Assembly: GCA_038210455.1 (NCBI GenBank)
Contig: JBBQWP010000019.1
Location: 40,622-104,621 of the forward strand
Reading direction: 5' to 3'
Origin: Pyrinomonadales bacterium
GTDB taxonomy: Bacteria; Acidobacteriota; Blastocatellia; Pyrinomonadales; Pyrinomonadaceae
Length of the DNA stretch: 64,000 nucleotides
Shown here: piece by piece, positions 1 through 9,315 of the stretch
How positions within the stretch are numbered: position 1 is the stretch's first letter
Layout of the letters: each line of letters starts with the position of its first letter
Notes under the pieces: model-generated
What the model saw: the letters and a program-made list of their open reading frames with translations, nothing else
Told to the model about the DNA's origin: nothing
Databases searched by the model: none
Program-made: the position numbers and the translations under genes

Positions 1-372
1 CAGGTGACTGTGCCGCTGCCGATCTTCAATCGCGGTCGCGGTGACATTAACAAGAGCAGCGCGATGTTGGCACAGCTCCAGGCAGAGCGCGATGCGTCGC
101 GCCAGAGAATCGGCTCAGAAATTGCGCGCGCGTCGCTTAATGTCGAATCGGCGCGCAAGCAGGTTGAGTTTTACGAAACGAAACTCTTGCCGGACGCTGA
201 GCGCGTGCGCGCGATGGCGAATGAAGCTTACCGCATCGGACAGACCAGCCTGCTTTCGGTCATCGATGCGACGCGGAATGCACGCGAGGTGCGGCAGGCG
301 TACTTGCAGGCGCTGTTTGATTACCAGACCGCGGTCGCTGATCTGGAGCAGGCTGCCGGAGTCAAGATGTGA
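1..372 (+). CDS. Outer-membrane efflux factor (TolC/OMF family), C-terminal part; 5' end lies upstream of the window
   Basis: Frame is open from base 1. The translation ...PLPIFNRGRGD...LQALFDYQTAVADLEQAAG looks like an OMF C-terminus. It sits directly upstream of an MFP and an RND pump. Confidence 0.7.
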   Translation, partial: QVTVPLPIFNRGRGDINKSSAMLAQLQAERDASRQRIGSEIARASLNVESARKQVEFYETKLLPDAERVRAMANEAYRIGQTSLLSVIDATRNAREVRQAYLQALFDYQTAVADLEQAAGVKM

Positions 373-506
373 TGTGGCAAGCACCGACCGTGTCAGAGTC
401 CGACCGTCAGGGAGGGCCTGTTAGGTTGAGAGCTTACGCGCGGGCTTCTGACGCGGCGCGCATGATTCACGGGCGGGACGCCCGTCACTAGAGAGCCGAT
501 GACAAA

Positions 507-1874
507 ATGAGCGACGACCAACCAATAGATTCAGTCGAATACCACGAACCCGCGGCGAGCGGTCCGCGTTTGCCTCTCCTAATCGCCGTCGGCGTCATCC
601 TGCTGCTCGGGTTGCTGGTTGTCGTATGGCTAATTGCACGACGTGGTTCCGCAGCGCCCGAAGTTGAACCCATAGTGGAGGTAGAAGTCGCGCCGAGTGA
701 ACGCGCAGAGGTGCGCGAATACGTCGAGGGCGGCGGCACGCTCAACGCTCTGCCTGGCCGCGAAGCGAGTTTCAGCGGGGCCATCGCCGGCAAAGTAACG
801 CACGTGCTGGTGCAAGTAGGCCAGCATGTGGCAACGGGCCAGACGCTCGCTGAGTTGGATCGCAGCGTGCTGGCGGCGCAGGTTCGGCAAGCACAGGCTG
901 CGTTGGTCCAGGCGAGCGCGACCGCTGTTCAGGCGCGCACAGTTTCGGGGGCGCCCAGCCAGGCGATCGCCGCCGATCAAATCAGACAAGCAGAATCAGC
1001 ATTGGGCACAGCTCAGGCCAACGAGACGCTGGCGCAGAGCAACCTCGCCCGGCAGCGAAGACTTTTCGAACGAGGAATCGCTCCCCGAAAGGATGTCGAC
1101 GATGCCGAGACACAAGCGAAAGTAACTCAGGCTGCGGTGCGTCAAGCGGAATCCGCGTTGGCCGCGGCGCGAGTCAACGCTACCAAGGGGCTCGGCGAAG
1201 CCCGCACGCAATCATCGGTCGCCGCCGGCGGAGTCGAAGCTGCGCAGGCGGCGTTGGATGTGGCTCGAGCTGAGCTGGCGCGATCAGCGATCCGTTCGCC
1301 GATCACGGGCACAGTGACCAAGCGCGCGGTTAACGACGGCGAGGCGGTCGATCCGGCGACGCCGGCATTTGAAGTGATCGATTCTTCGTCGCTCGATGTC
1401 GTGGCGAATCTTCCCGCCGGCTATCTGGGTCGCGTTAAGACCGGCGACCTCGCCACAGTACACGTTGAGCCTTTGCCGGAAAAGGAATTCTCTGGAGGTG
1501 TCGTGCAGGTTGCTCCTTCGGTTGACCCGCAAACGAATACCGTCGCAGTGCGCGTGCGCTTGGCAAATCCCGATGGCGAATTGAAAGCCGGCATCTTCGC
1601 CACCGCCCGGATTGCCGTCGAGATTCATCAGAACGCTTTGGTCGTGCCACAGGCAGCGCTGGTGGTCGAAGGCGACGAAACATTTGTGTTCGTGCCCGTC
1701 GGCGAAAAGGTGGAGAAACGCAAAGTCACCGTCGGCATCCGGGATGGCGATCGAGTCGAGATTACCGTTGGTTTGAAAGATAACGAGCGGGTAGTGACCA
1801 CGGGCGCCTACGGCCTTGGCGACGGCACCAAGATCAAGATCGTTCCGGGCGAAGAGAAGAAGGACGCTGGATGA
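507..1874 (+). CDS. Efflux RND transporter periplasmic adaptor subunit (MFP/HlyD family)
   Basis: 455-aa ORF with an N-terminal TM anchor, Ala/Gln-rich coiled-coil hairpin segments and the lipoyl/beta-barrel motif IRSPITGTVTKRAVNDGEAV. Positioned between OMF and RND genes. Confidence 0.85.
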   Translation: MSDDQPIDSVEYHEPAASGPRLPLLIAVGVILLLGLLVVVWLIARRGSAAPEVEPIVEVEVAPSERAEVREYVEGGGTLNALPGREASFSGAIAGKVTHVLVQVGQHVATGQTLAELDRSVLAAQVRQAQAALVQASATAVQARTVSGAPSQAIAADQIRQAESALGTAQANETLAQSNLARQRRLFERGIAPRKDVDDAETQAKVTQAAVRQAESALAAARVNATKGLGEARTQSSVAAGGVEAAQAALDVARAELARSAIRSPITGTVTKRAVNDGEAVDPATPAFEVIDSSSLDVVANLPAGYLGRVKTGDLATVHVEPLPEKEFSGGVVQVAPSVDPQTNTVAVRVRLANPDGELKAGIFATARIAVEIHQNALVVPQAALVVEGDETFVFVPVGEKVEKRKVTVGIRDGDRVEITVGLKDNERVVTTGAYGLGDGTKIKIVPGEEKKDAG

Positions 1875-1937
1875 AAAGAGCGGAGAGAAGGCGGATCAGA
1901 AGGGTGAGAAGTAAACAACAACTCGTTTAGGTTTTGT

Positions 1938-2098
1938 GCTCCGTCAGGAGCGAAGTGTTTATAGAACCTGGCCTTCAATAGGTTTGAATGAGTCTCCTTT
2001 AGGAGCGACACATAGAATCAGCAAACGTTTCGCTCCTAAAGGAGCTTCAACTCGATGCTTGATGATGTGAACTATAAACATTTGGCTCCTGACGGAGC
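1938..2098. repeat. Nested palindromic MITE/REP-like element, family A copy 1 (GCTCC-N4-GGAGC hairpins plus TATAAACA motif)
   Basis: Left end is gctccgtcaggagcgaagtgtttatag and right end is ctataaacatttggctcctgacggagc, near-exact reverse complements. An internal pair ctcctttaggagcg / cgctcctaaaggag lies between them. The same architecture recurs at 27644-27788. Confidence 0.7.
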
Positions 2099-2143
2099 CA
2101 GGAAGTCCCGACTCCATACTTCGCTCGCTTTGCTTTTTAGATT

Positions 2144-5100
2144 ATGAACGTTGCGCGTTTCGTTGATCGGCACCACAAAGCCACCTATCTGGTGGTCGCG
2201 CTCTTGTGCGTCGCTGGTCTCTACAGCGTCTCCCAACTTCCTTCAAGTATTTATCCGGAAGTCGAATTCCCGCGCATCATCGTCGTTGCCGAAGGCGTTC
2301 AACTTGAGCCGCGAAATATGGTGACGGCGATCGCGCGGCCGCTCGAGGATGCGGTCAGCGCGCTGCAGAACGTTGAAGTGGTGCGCGTAACTTCCCGAGC
2401 GGTGCGGGGCTCGTGCCAGGTCTCAATTCAGTTTGCGCCCAGCACTGATATGGAATTGGCGCTACAACTGGTGCAGGCCAAACTCAACCAGGTACAGGCC
2501 GACTTGCCTCCAGGAATTACGCTCGATGTGCAGCGTCTCACTCCTTCCGTCTTTCCGATCATCAGCTATAACGTGACCGGCGCGCCGCCGGTCGTCCTGC
2601 GCGATCTGGCCACTTATACAATTCGGCCGCGCCTGGCGAGGCTGCCCGGCGTGGCCCAGGCCCGCGTCGAGGGTGGCGATCGGCGCGAGATCGAAGTTAT
2701 CGTGACACCTGCCAGACTGGCCGCCAATCACCTCGCCGTCGGTCAAATAGAGGACGCCATCGCGCAGACCAGCGCGGTCACCTCTGTAGGCCGGGTCAGC
2801 CGTGACTATCAGCAATACAACGTTTTGGCCACAGGTGAAGCGCTCTCGCTCGACGACGTGCGGCGCATCGTCGTGTCCACGCCGAGCTCGACGAAAACAA
2901 AATCGCAAGACAATGGCGCCGACCGCGCGCCAATCCACGTGGGCGACGTGGCCGAGGTCAAGTATGGCTCGGAAGATCGAATCAGCATGTTCACCGGCGA
3001 TGGCGTGCCGGCGGCGCTGGTCAGCGTCACGCGGCAAATCGGCGGCAACACCGTCGACATCGCCGACGAAGTTGATCAAGCCATCGCCGATCTGCAACCC
3101 CAACTACCGCGCGGAGTAAAAGTCGAACGCGTCTACAACCAGGCGGCGTTTGTGCGCGCGTCAATTGCGAACGTGCGCGACGCAATTTTGATCGGCGGCT
3201 TTCTGGCCGTGGTTGTTCTGCTCGCCTTTCTGGGCCACCTGCGGATCACAATCATTGCCGCCACTACGATTCCGCTCACCGTAGTCATCACTTTCTTTTT
3301 CATGCGGGTGTTCGGCCAGACTTTTAACCTGATGAGCCTGGGCGGCATCGCTGTGGCCATCGGTTTGGTGATCGACGACGCGGTGGTAGTCGTTGAGAAC
3401 ATCGAGCGGCACCTGCGTCGCCGCACCGTCGAGGGCCGCCGCGATGCGATTTATGGCAGTGTCGGCGAGCTGATGGCCGCCGTGATCGGATCAACGATCA
3501 CCACGGTTGTGGTGTTCCTGCCGCTCGTCCTGCTCGAAGGCGTCACGGGCCAATTCTTCAGCGCGCTTTCCGTCGCGTTGACGGTCTCGGTGCTGGTTTC
3601 GCTAGTGCTGGCGTTGACGTTGATTCCGTTACTGGCTGATCGTTTTCTGCCGAAGGACGTCGCGGCAGGGCTGGTCCCTGCGCCGCTGGTCGAAACCGGC
3701 GTGTCCCTGGGAGATAGAGACGACTACCGCATTGAACCTGAAGACGAAGCCGGCGCGCTGGTCGAAGTCGATCCACGGCACGGGTTCATGTATCGCATTC
3801 AAAAATTCCTGGGCGGAATTGAACAACTGTACACGCAGGCACTCGATCTGGTGTTCGCGCATCGCCGCCTGGCTTTGCTGGCGACGCTAATCATGGTTGT
3901 GATCGGCGCCTTCATCTACACGCGTGTCGAAACGGGCTTTCTACCTGAGATGGACGAAGGCGGTTTCGTGGTTGACTATCGCTTGCCGCCGGGAACCTCG
4001 CTGGCTGAAACAAATAAGGTCATCTCGCAAATCGAACAAATACTGAAAGAGACGCCTGAGGTGGCTGCTTACTCACGCCGGACTGGATCGCAGCTCGGAT
4101 TTTTTGCCACGGAACAAAATGAAGGGGATATCCTGGTCCGGCTCAAAGACACTCGCAGCCGCGACTCGGATGAAATCGTGGACGACCTGCGCTCGGAGAT
4201 CGAAAAACGTTTTCCGCAGGCCCACGCCGAATTTGTAAAACTCCTTGAAGACGTCATCAACGATCTGGCGGGCGAACCACGCCCGGTCGAAGTAAAATTG
4301 TTCGGCGATGATCTCAAGGTCCTGCAACGAACGGCCGCCGAATTGGGCTCTCAGATCGAGAAGATTCCCGGCATCGTTGAACTCTACAACGGCGTCAGTG
4401 CAGGTTCGCCGGAGTTGGTCGCGCGCATCGACCCGGTGCGCGCCGGGCGCGCGGGCCTGACAGTCCAGGCGATTTCGACGCAGCTCAACGATGCTTTGCT
4501 GGGCAAGCGCGTTACCCAGATACGCCAGGGTGATCGTTTGGTCGGCGTGCGCGTGCGCCTGCCCGACGAAACGCGTTTCGACTTTGAGAAGATCAACAAC
4601 GTTCCAATCACGACGCCCAGTGGTCTCACTCAACCGCTCTCAGCTTTCGCTGAGATTCAGCGCGAAGCCGGACAGAGTGAGCTCGTCCGTCAGGATCAGC
4701 GACAAATGGTAGCAATTACCGCCGGCCTGAGCGGCCGCGGCCTGGGGTCGGTCACCAGCGATGTCCGTGCGATCCTGAACAAAGCGAACCTGCCACTGGG
4801 GGTTACTTATCAACTCGGTGGTCAGTATGAAAGTCAGCAGACGGCCTTTCGCGGATTGCTGACGGTGTTTGGGTTGGCGCTGGCGTTGGTCTTCATCGTG
4901 CTCGTGATTCAGTTTCGATCTTATCTCAAGCCGCTGATCATTCTTTTCGCCGCGCCGGTATCGCTGGTGGGCGCGCTGGCTGCGCTATGGGTCACGCGCA
5001 CCCCGCTCAACATTTCCTCGTTCATGGGCTTGATCATGCTGCTTGGCCTGGTGGTTAAAAACGGCATCATCCTGCTGGACTATACCGACCGGCTGCGCGC

Positions 5101-5395
5101 AGAGCGTGACATGCCGCTGGCCGGCGCGTTGCGCGAGGCGGGCCGCGTGCGTCTGCGTCCGATTCTGATGACGACGCTGTGTACGATCTTCGGGCTGGCG
5201 CCGCTGGCGATCGGCCTGGGCGCCGGCGCCGAACTGCAACGCCCGCTGGCCATCGCGGTCATCGGCGGACTTACGCTTTCAACTTTCATTACGCTGCTGG
5301 TGATGCCCACGCTCGCGTTGGAACTTGAAAGACTTGGGTCTCGCAAACTTTTTTCGCGTTGGGCTTATTACAAAAAGCGTGGAGTAGAAACATGA
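2144..5395 (+). CDS. Efflux RND transporter permease subunit (AcrB/CzcA superfamily)
   Basis: 1083-aa ORF with the typical N-terminus (FVDRHHKATYLVVALL...PSSIYPEVEFPRIIV), two large periplasmic loops and 12-TM architecture, and the conserved GLVIDDAVVVVENIERH segment. Confidence 0.93.
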   Translation: MNVARFVDRHHKATYLVVALLCVAGLYSVSQLPSSIYPEVEFPRIIVVAEGVQLEPRNMVTAIARPLEDAVSALQNVEVVRVTSRAVRGSCQVSIQFAPSTDMELALQLVQAKLNQVQADLPPGITLDVQRLTPSVFPIISYNVTGAPPVVLRDLATYTIRPRLARLPGVAQARVEGGDRREIEVIVTPARLAANHLAVGQIEDAIAQTSAVTSVGRVSRDYQQYNVLATGEALSLDDVRRIVVSTPSSTKTKSQDNGADRAPIHVGDVAEVKYGSEDRISMFTGDGVPAALVSVTRQIGGNTVDIADEVDQAIADLQPQLPRGVKVERVYNQAAFVRASIANVRDAILIGGFLAVVVLLAFLGHLRITIIAATTIPLTVVITFFFMRVFGQTFNLMSLGGIAVAIGLVIDDAVVVVENIERHLRRRTVEGRRDAIYGSVGELMAAVIGSTITTVVVFLPLVLLEGVTGQFFSALSVALTVSVLVSLVLALTLIPLLADRFLPKDVAAGLVPAPLVETGVSLGDRDDYRIEPEDEAGALVEVDPRHGFMYRIQKFLGGIEQLYTQALDLVFAHRRLALLATLIMVVIGAFIYTRVETGFLPEMDEGGFVVDYRLPPGTSLAETNKVISQIEQILKETPEVAAYSRRTGSQLGFFATEQNEGDILVRLKDTRSRDSDEIVDDLRSEIEKRFPQAHAEFVKLLEDVINDLAGEPRPVEVKLFGDDLKVLQRTAAELGSQIEKIPGIVELYNGVSAGSPELVARIDPVRAGRAGLTVQAISTQLNDALLGKRVTQIRQGDRLVGVRVRLPDETRFDFEKINNVPITTPSGLTQPLSAFAEIQREAGQSELVRQDQRQMVAITAGLSGRGLGSVTSDVRAILNKANLPLGVTYQLGGQYESQQTAFRGLLTVFGLALALVFIVLVIQFRSYLKPLIILFAAPVSLVGALAALWVTRTPLNISSFMGLIMLLGLVVKNGIILLDYTDRLRAERDMPLAGALREAGRVRLRPILMTTLCTIFGLAPLAIGLGAGAELQRPLAIAVIGGLTLSTFITLLVMPTLALELERLGSRKLFSRWAYYKKRGVET

Positions 5396-5495
5396 GAAGT
5401 AACAGAACATCGCCTTGCCTCTTCGCCATGGTCCTTTTTGCCATTCTTTTTATTTCGGCCTCCTTCAGCGTTCAGGGTTGTCACCGAAATGGTTT

Positions 5496-5691
5496 AGGCC
5501 CGAAGGGCCGGCATTCAATAGCCATGCCCGTCAGGGCGTGGGTGAGTAACCTCAATCCACCTGAGGCCCGAAGGGCCGGCACTCCATTCCTCAACCACTT
5601 TGTTTCGCACCTGCGGCGCTGATTCGCGTTTCAAGGTTCTTGATCCACGCCCTGACGGGCGTGGCTATTGAATTCCGGCCCTTCGGGCCTC
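5496..5691. repeat. MITE-like element with 46-bp terminal inverted repeats (AGGCCCGAAGGGCCGGC...GCCCGTCAGGGCGTGG)
   Basis: Bases 5496-5541 and 5646-5691 are near-perfect reverse complements. A third partial arm (aggcccgaagggccggcactcc) lies at about 5564-5585. Confidence 0.7.
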
Positions 5692-5696
5692 TGATC

Positions 5697-7091
5697 ATGT
5701 TCGATTCAGTTCGCACGCGATTAACTTTCTGGTACGCCGGCGTGCTGGCGCTGTCGCTGATCGTGTTTGCGGTGCTCGTTTACTACGCGGCCGCCAGTAT
5801 CTTCTATGCGCGCCAGGACGAGTTGCTGCGTTCGACCGCCGAAACGGTCGCCAGCGCGTACGTGCAGGAGTTGGACGAAGAGCAATCCGTGGAGAAGGCG
5901 AACGATGTGGTGTTGGCCCAGATGATCTTTCCGAATCGCTTCGTCGAAGTTGTCGACACCGATGGCCACGTCGTCGCGTGGTCGAGCAATCTTGCCAGTC
6001 GTCAGTTCACGGTGCCCGCGCCGGCGCTCAGCGAAGCACGTCAACGCGGCAGTAGCCTGTTCGGCTTGAATAATCTGCGGGTCGCGGTCGTGCCTTTGTC
6101 ACCGAATCGCAGCACCCAACTCGGGTTCGCGATCGTCGCTGAGCCTCTCAGCGTGATCGAAGAAGGCCTCAGACGTTTGCGGCGCTATTTCCTGGCCGGC
6201 GTTCCTGTGGTCATGCTGCTCGCTTCGTTGGGAGGTTACTTTCTCGCGCGCAAGAGTCTTTCACCAATCGCGCTGATGAATCAGCAGACCCAGCGGATTA
6301 CGGCGGAAAATCTTTCCGCTCAGCTTGATGTGGCAAACCCGCGCGATGAAGTAGGCCGTCTGGCGCTGACTATCAACGCGCTCCTGGCGCGACTGGATGC
6401 GGCTTTCCAGGAGCAGCAACGATTCATCGCGGATGCTTCCCATGAGCTGCGGACGCCGTTGGCGGTCCTGCGTGGTGAAACGGAAGTTGCGCTGCAACAG
6501 GAGCGCGCCACGCCTGAATACAAAGAGTCCCTGGCTATGATCAAGGACGAAGCTGAGCGCCTGTCGCGGATAGTCGAGAATCTTTTCCTGCTCGCGCGTC
6601 AACCTGTCGATGCCGCGTCGATGGTTAGAGACACAGTGCGGCTGGATGCCCTCGTCGCTGACTGTGCCCGCGCGGCACAAGTGCTGGCTGCGCAGAAAGG
6701 ATTGCAGCTGAACATCGGCGGCGAGCTCCTGGCGATAACCGTGAACGGCGATGACGAGATGCTTAAGCGAATGCTGCTGAACCTGCTCGACAACGCCGTG
6801 AAGTACACGCCCGCCGGCGGCGAGATCAGCATCGCGCTGCGATCGCAAAACGGAGATGCGCGCATCGTCGTGACGGACAACGGCACCGGTATCCCGGCTG
6901 AGGACCAGCCGCGCATCTTTGATCGTTTTTATCGGGTCGACAAGACGCGTTCACGCGCTTTGGGTGGCGCCGGTCTGGGTCTGTCGATCGCGCGGTGGAT
7001 CGCCGAAGGCCACGGCGGATCGCTTTCGGTCGAGAGCGCTCCGGGTGAGGGAAGCGCGTTTACAGTAGAGTTGCCTCTAAAGGATTCCTAG
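5697..7091 (+). CDS. Two-component sensor histidine kinase (TM-sensor-TM-HAMP-HisKA-HATPase)
   Basis: H-box ADASHELRTPLAVLRG, N-box LLDNAVKYTP and G-boxes DNGTGIP / GGAGLGLSIARWI. I moved the start from 5640 to ATG 5697 because 5640-5691 is the right arm of the palindromic element. No response regulator is adjacent. Confidence 0.9.
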   Translation: MFDSVRTRLTFWYAGVLALSLIVFAVLVYYAAASIFYARQDELLRSTAETVASAYVQELDEEQSVEKANDVVLAQMIFPNRFVEVVDTDGHVVAWSSNLASRQFTVPAPALSEARQRGSSLFGLNNLRVAVVPLSPNRSTQLGFAIVAEPLSVIEEGLRRLRRYFLAGVPVVMLLASLGGYFLARKSLSPIALMNQQTQRITAENLSAQLDVANPRDEVGRLALTINALLARLDAAFQEQQRFIADASHELRTPLAVLRGETEVALQQERATPEYKESLAMIKDEAERLSRIVENLFLLARQPVDAASMVRDTVRLDALVADCARAAQVLAAQKGLQLNIGGELLAITVNGDDEMLKRMLLNLLDNAVKYTPAGGEISIALRSQNGDARIVVTDNGTGIPAEDQPRIFDRFYRVDKTRSRALGGAGLGLSIARWIAEGHGGSLSVESAPGEGSAFTVELPLKDS

Positions 7092-7179
7092 AGTTGCCAC
7101 ATCAAGGTCAACGCAGTTATGAAACCCCAACAACCCGGATCGTATTCTGCCCACTGCCCACCTGCCCCACTGCCTACTG

Positions 7180-7578
7180 TCATCCCTGAATCTTCCGCAG
7201 GCGATCAATAAACTTACCGTCGCTGAATTGTGCGGCGCCGGCTTTGGTTAGGCGGGCGAGCTCATTGAATAACTTCTCGTCCACCTCTTTAAAGTTAAAG
7301 CATGACTTGCCCTGCATACGCTTCTTCAATTTGGGCGACATGCTCTGCAACAAATCGGGACAAGCGTAAATCGACATCAGATAGAAGCTGACATACGCTT
7401 TGCCCAACCGCACGCCGCCAAAGCAAAGCGGCTGTTTATTCTTCATGATGTGCCGTGTGTTCAGCAGATAGTAAGTCTGGCTGTCATGGGTGACATCCAT
7501 CTTCTTTACGTAGGGTTGTAAAATTGCTTTCAGCCTGGCAAAGACAATATCGAAATCATTGTTGTCCGCCATGTGCAT
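7180..7578 (-). CDS. Small cytoplasmic protein, DUF1801/YdhG-like (tentative)
   Basis: 132-aa ORF in a locally AT-richer stretch. The pattern FARLKAIL...YVSFYL...CFNFKEVDE resembles the DUF1801 family from memory. It lies 18 nt downstream of the gpV-like gene on the same strand. Confidence 0.55.
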   Translation of the reverse strand: MHMADNNDFDIVFARLKAILQPYVKKMDVTHDSQTYYLLNTRHIMKNKQPLCFGGVRLGKAYVSFYLMSIYACPDLLQSMSPKLKKRMQGKSCFNFKEVDEKLFNELARLTKAGAAQFSDGKFIDRLRKIQG

Positions 7579-7596
7579 CTCCCAGACTAATATTTA

Positions 7597-7956
7597 TTAC
7601 TTAGGTTTCAGAGCGGCGGGTGTTTCTGATTGGTTGCTGTAAAAGCAGCCTGACCAGATCGGATGATCAGGATCGCCAGCCTCGAATTCGATCCAGACAT
7701 TTGCTCCGACCTTTGGTAACGAACTGGCTCGAGTTTTTCCCAGGTTGACCGGAGCGCAAGGCATCGCCAGGGTGCTCCCAGTCAGGCCGGAAACTGCCGG
7801 AACTTGCACACGGATGCGTCCCATCTCCAGCGGGTCGCGATTGTCTGTTACCGTGCCGCGGTATTTGCCGAAATATTTTTGGCTGATTCTTCCACCGCCT
7901 TTCTCAGACTCAACGCGAGCAGTCATGGTACCAGTCAATCCGCGCCCAACCAACAT
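7597..7956 (-). CDS. Phage baseplate assembly protein V / gp5-VgrG OB-fold spike-like protein (orphan)
   Basis: GKYRGTVTDNRDPLEMGRIRVQVPAV...LAMPCAP...PKVGANVWIEFEAGDPDHPIWSGCFY matches the gpV/gp5 OB-fold signature (G.V....DP...GR..V..P......WA.P..P......P.VG..V.V.FE.GD...PI..G). ATG at 7926 is an alternative start. Confidence 0.7.
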   Translation of the reverse strand: MLVGRGLTGTMTARVESEKGGGRISQKYFGKYRGTVTDNRDPLEMGRIRVQVPAVSGLTGSTLAMPCAPVNLGKTRASSLPKVGANVWIEFEAGDPDHPIWSGCFYSNQSETPAALKPK

Positions 7957-8102
7957 CTAGCGAACCTAGGTACTGGTTCAGTTTGAGAATAGACACTGCA
8001 CGAAATGAAAACACTAGGCTGATCCTACACGCGAACTGTGGTATCGACGCTGGCAGATTGTTGCGTGACAAACCAACCGCTCCGGTACTATGGTTGGACG
8101 GC

Positions 8103-8255
8103 ATGGCGTGGACACTACCTCTGTTTGAACGGCCCGAAGTTAATGCGGCGGCTCGAACACTGATTGACGATACCTCCACGATTGCAGAGCTAGACTACGC
8201 CTATGCGGTTCTGAACAATTGGCGAGCGATCCACAGCTTTCCGCTTAATATGACT
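8103..8255 (+). pseudogene. Remnant of the N-terminus of a RelA/SpoT-domain (small alarmone synthetase-type) gene
   Basis: MAWTLPLFERPEVNAAARTLIDD...AYAVLNNWRAIHSFPLN resembles the conserved N-terminal stretch (FSKS.VN.AG..L....A..VL.NWR..H.YP.N) of stand-alone RelA/SpoT-domain proteins. Similarity stops abruptly after PLN, and no synthetase core appears in any frame before the next gene. Confidence 0.3.
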
Positions 8256-8433
8256 GCAATCTGCGTCATCTGTCCCGTGCCGAACTCGTTGGGAATTTCT
8301 GGCAGCGCATTGCCAAGTTCTGGCGAGCTTCGCTATGCTGGCGGCGCTCTTGCGTTTACCCGACGGCGACTACAGCCGAAACGTCACGTGGCATTGGCCG
8401 ACTACGACCGGCCCAACGAATTGATCAGCCGTC

Positions 8434-9048
8434 ATGTCATCGCCCCTCAATCTCCAACAATGGTTCGGCGGCATAGACATTTATTTGTTCGATCAGCTCT
8501 TGAAGGGTCGAATTGTTCCGGGCATGCGGGTGCTCGATGCCGGTTGCGGCCCGGGCCGAAATCTCGTCTATCTGCTCCAGAGCGGCTATGAAGTCTTTGG
8601 CGTCGACGAATCAGACGGCGCGATAGCTCAGACCAGGCGGCTGGCAAGCGAGTTAGCTCCGCATCTGCCATCAGATAACTTTCGGAGCGAGCAGGTCGAG
8701 CGGATGTCGTTTCCCGACGCCGGCTTTGATGTTGTGATGAGCAGCGCCGTCCTCCACTTTGCGCGCGACGAAGAACAGTGGCAAGCGATGGTCTCGGATA
8801 TGTGGCGTGTGCTGAAACCCGGCGGAATATTCTTTGCTCGTTTGGCCTCGAGCATCGGGATGGAAGAGAAGATCGCACTGATTGGCGGACGGCGGTATCA
8901 TCTTCCCGACGGCAGCGAGCGCTTTCTGGTTGACGAGGGGATGTTGCTCAGGGTGGCCGCGACTCTGGGGGCTGAGTTTATTGAGCCGATCAAGACAACG
9001 GTAGTGCAAAACCTGCGGGCGATGACCACCTGGTGCTTGAGGAAATAA
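8434..9048 (+). CDS. Class I SAM-dependent methyltransferase
   Basis: Motif I VLDAGCGPGRNLVYLLQSGYEVFGVDES, post-I acidic residue, motif FDVVMSSAVLHF and LKPGGIFF. Confidence 0.85.
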   Translation: MSSPLNLQQWFGGIDIYLFDQLLKGRIVPGMRVLDAGCGPGRNLVYLLQSGYEVFGVDESDGAIAQTRRLASELAPHLPSDNFRSEQVERMSFPDAGFDVVMSSAVLHFARDEEQWQAMVSDMWRVLKPGGIFFARLASSIGMEEKIALIGGRRYHLPDGSERFLVDEGMLLRVAATLGAEFIEPIKTTVVQNLRAMTTWCLRK

Positions 9049-9091
9049 TAAGCCGAAAGTCTGGAGGTGGAAAATTACGAAAGCTATCAAG

Positions 9092-9286
9092 ATGATTGTT
9101 GGAATTGTCCTGGCGCTGCTGAGCGTGTTCTTAGTTTTCTACACCGCGCGGCTCCTTTATGTGACACATGGGCTGACAACGATTCGCGCGGGTGGTCAGG
9201 GTGCGTACGTAGGCGCAGTAGTTTTCCCGTTGCTCGCGATTTTGTTTGGCTGGGGCGCGTGGAGGCTCTTGCGTGTGAAGAGGTGA
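9092..9286 (+). CDS. Small two-TM membrane protein (hypothetical)
   Basis: 64-aa ORF with two clear hydrophobic helices (IVGIVLALLSVFLVFY and VGAVVFPLLAILFGWGAW). It lies directly upstream of the lipoprotein gene. Confidence 0.5.
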   Translation: MIVGIVLALLSVFLVFYTARLLYVTHGLTTIRAGGQGAYVGAVVFPLLAILFGWGAWRLLRVKR

Positions 9287-9315
9287 GCCGAACCATCAAC
9301 TGAGGGAGAAGAAAG

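Noticed and set aside
5359-5622. 87-aa ORF downstream of the RND pump
   Set aside because: Most of it is translated from the palindromic element. Only the internal start at 5392 gives a lipoprotein-like signal. It is kept as a low-interest finding rather than a feature.
7983-8591. 202-aa ORF that could be called as an intact gene
   Set aside because: Only residues ~41-90 look family-like (RelA/SpoT N-terminal motif). The remainder is Arg/Pro/Ala-rich read-through with poor coding texture and overlaps the well-supported methyltransferase starting at 8434. It is treated as a remnant instead.
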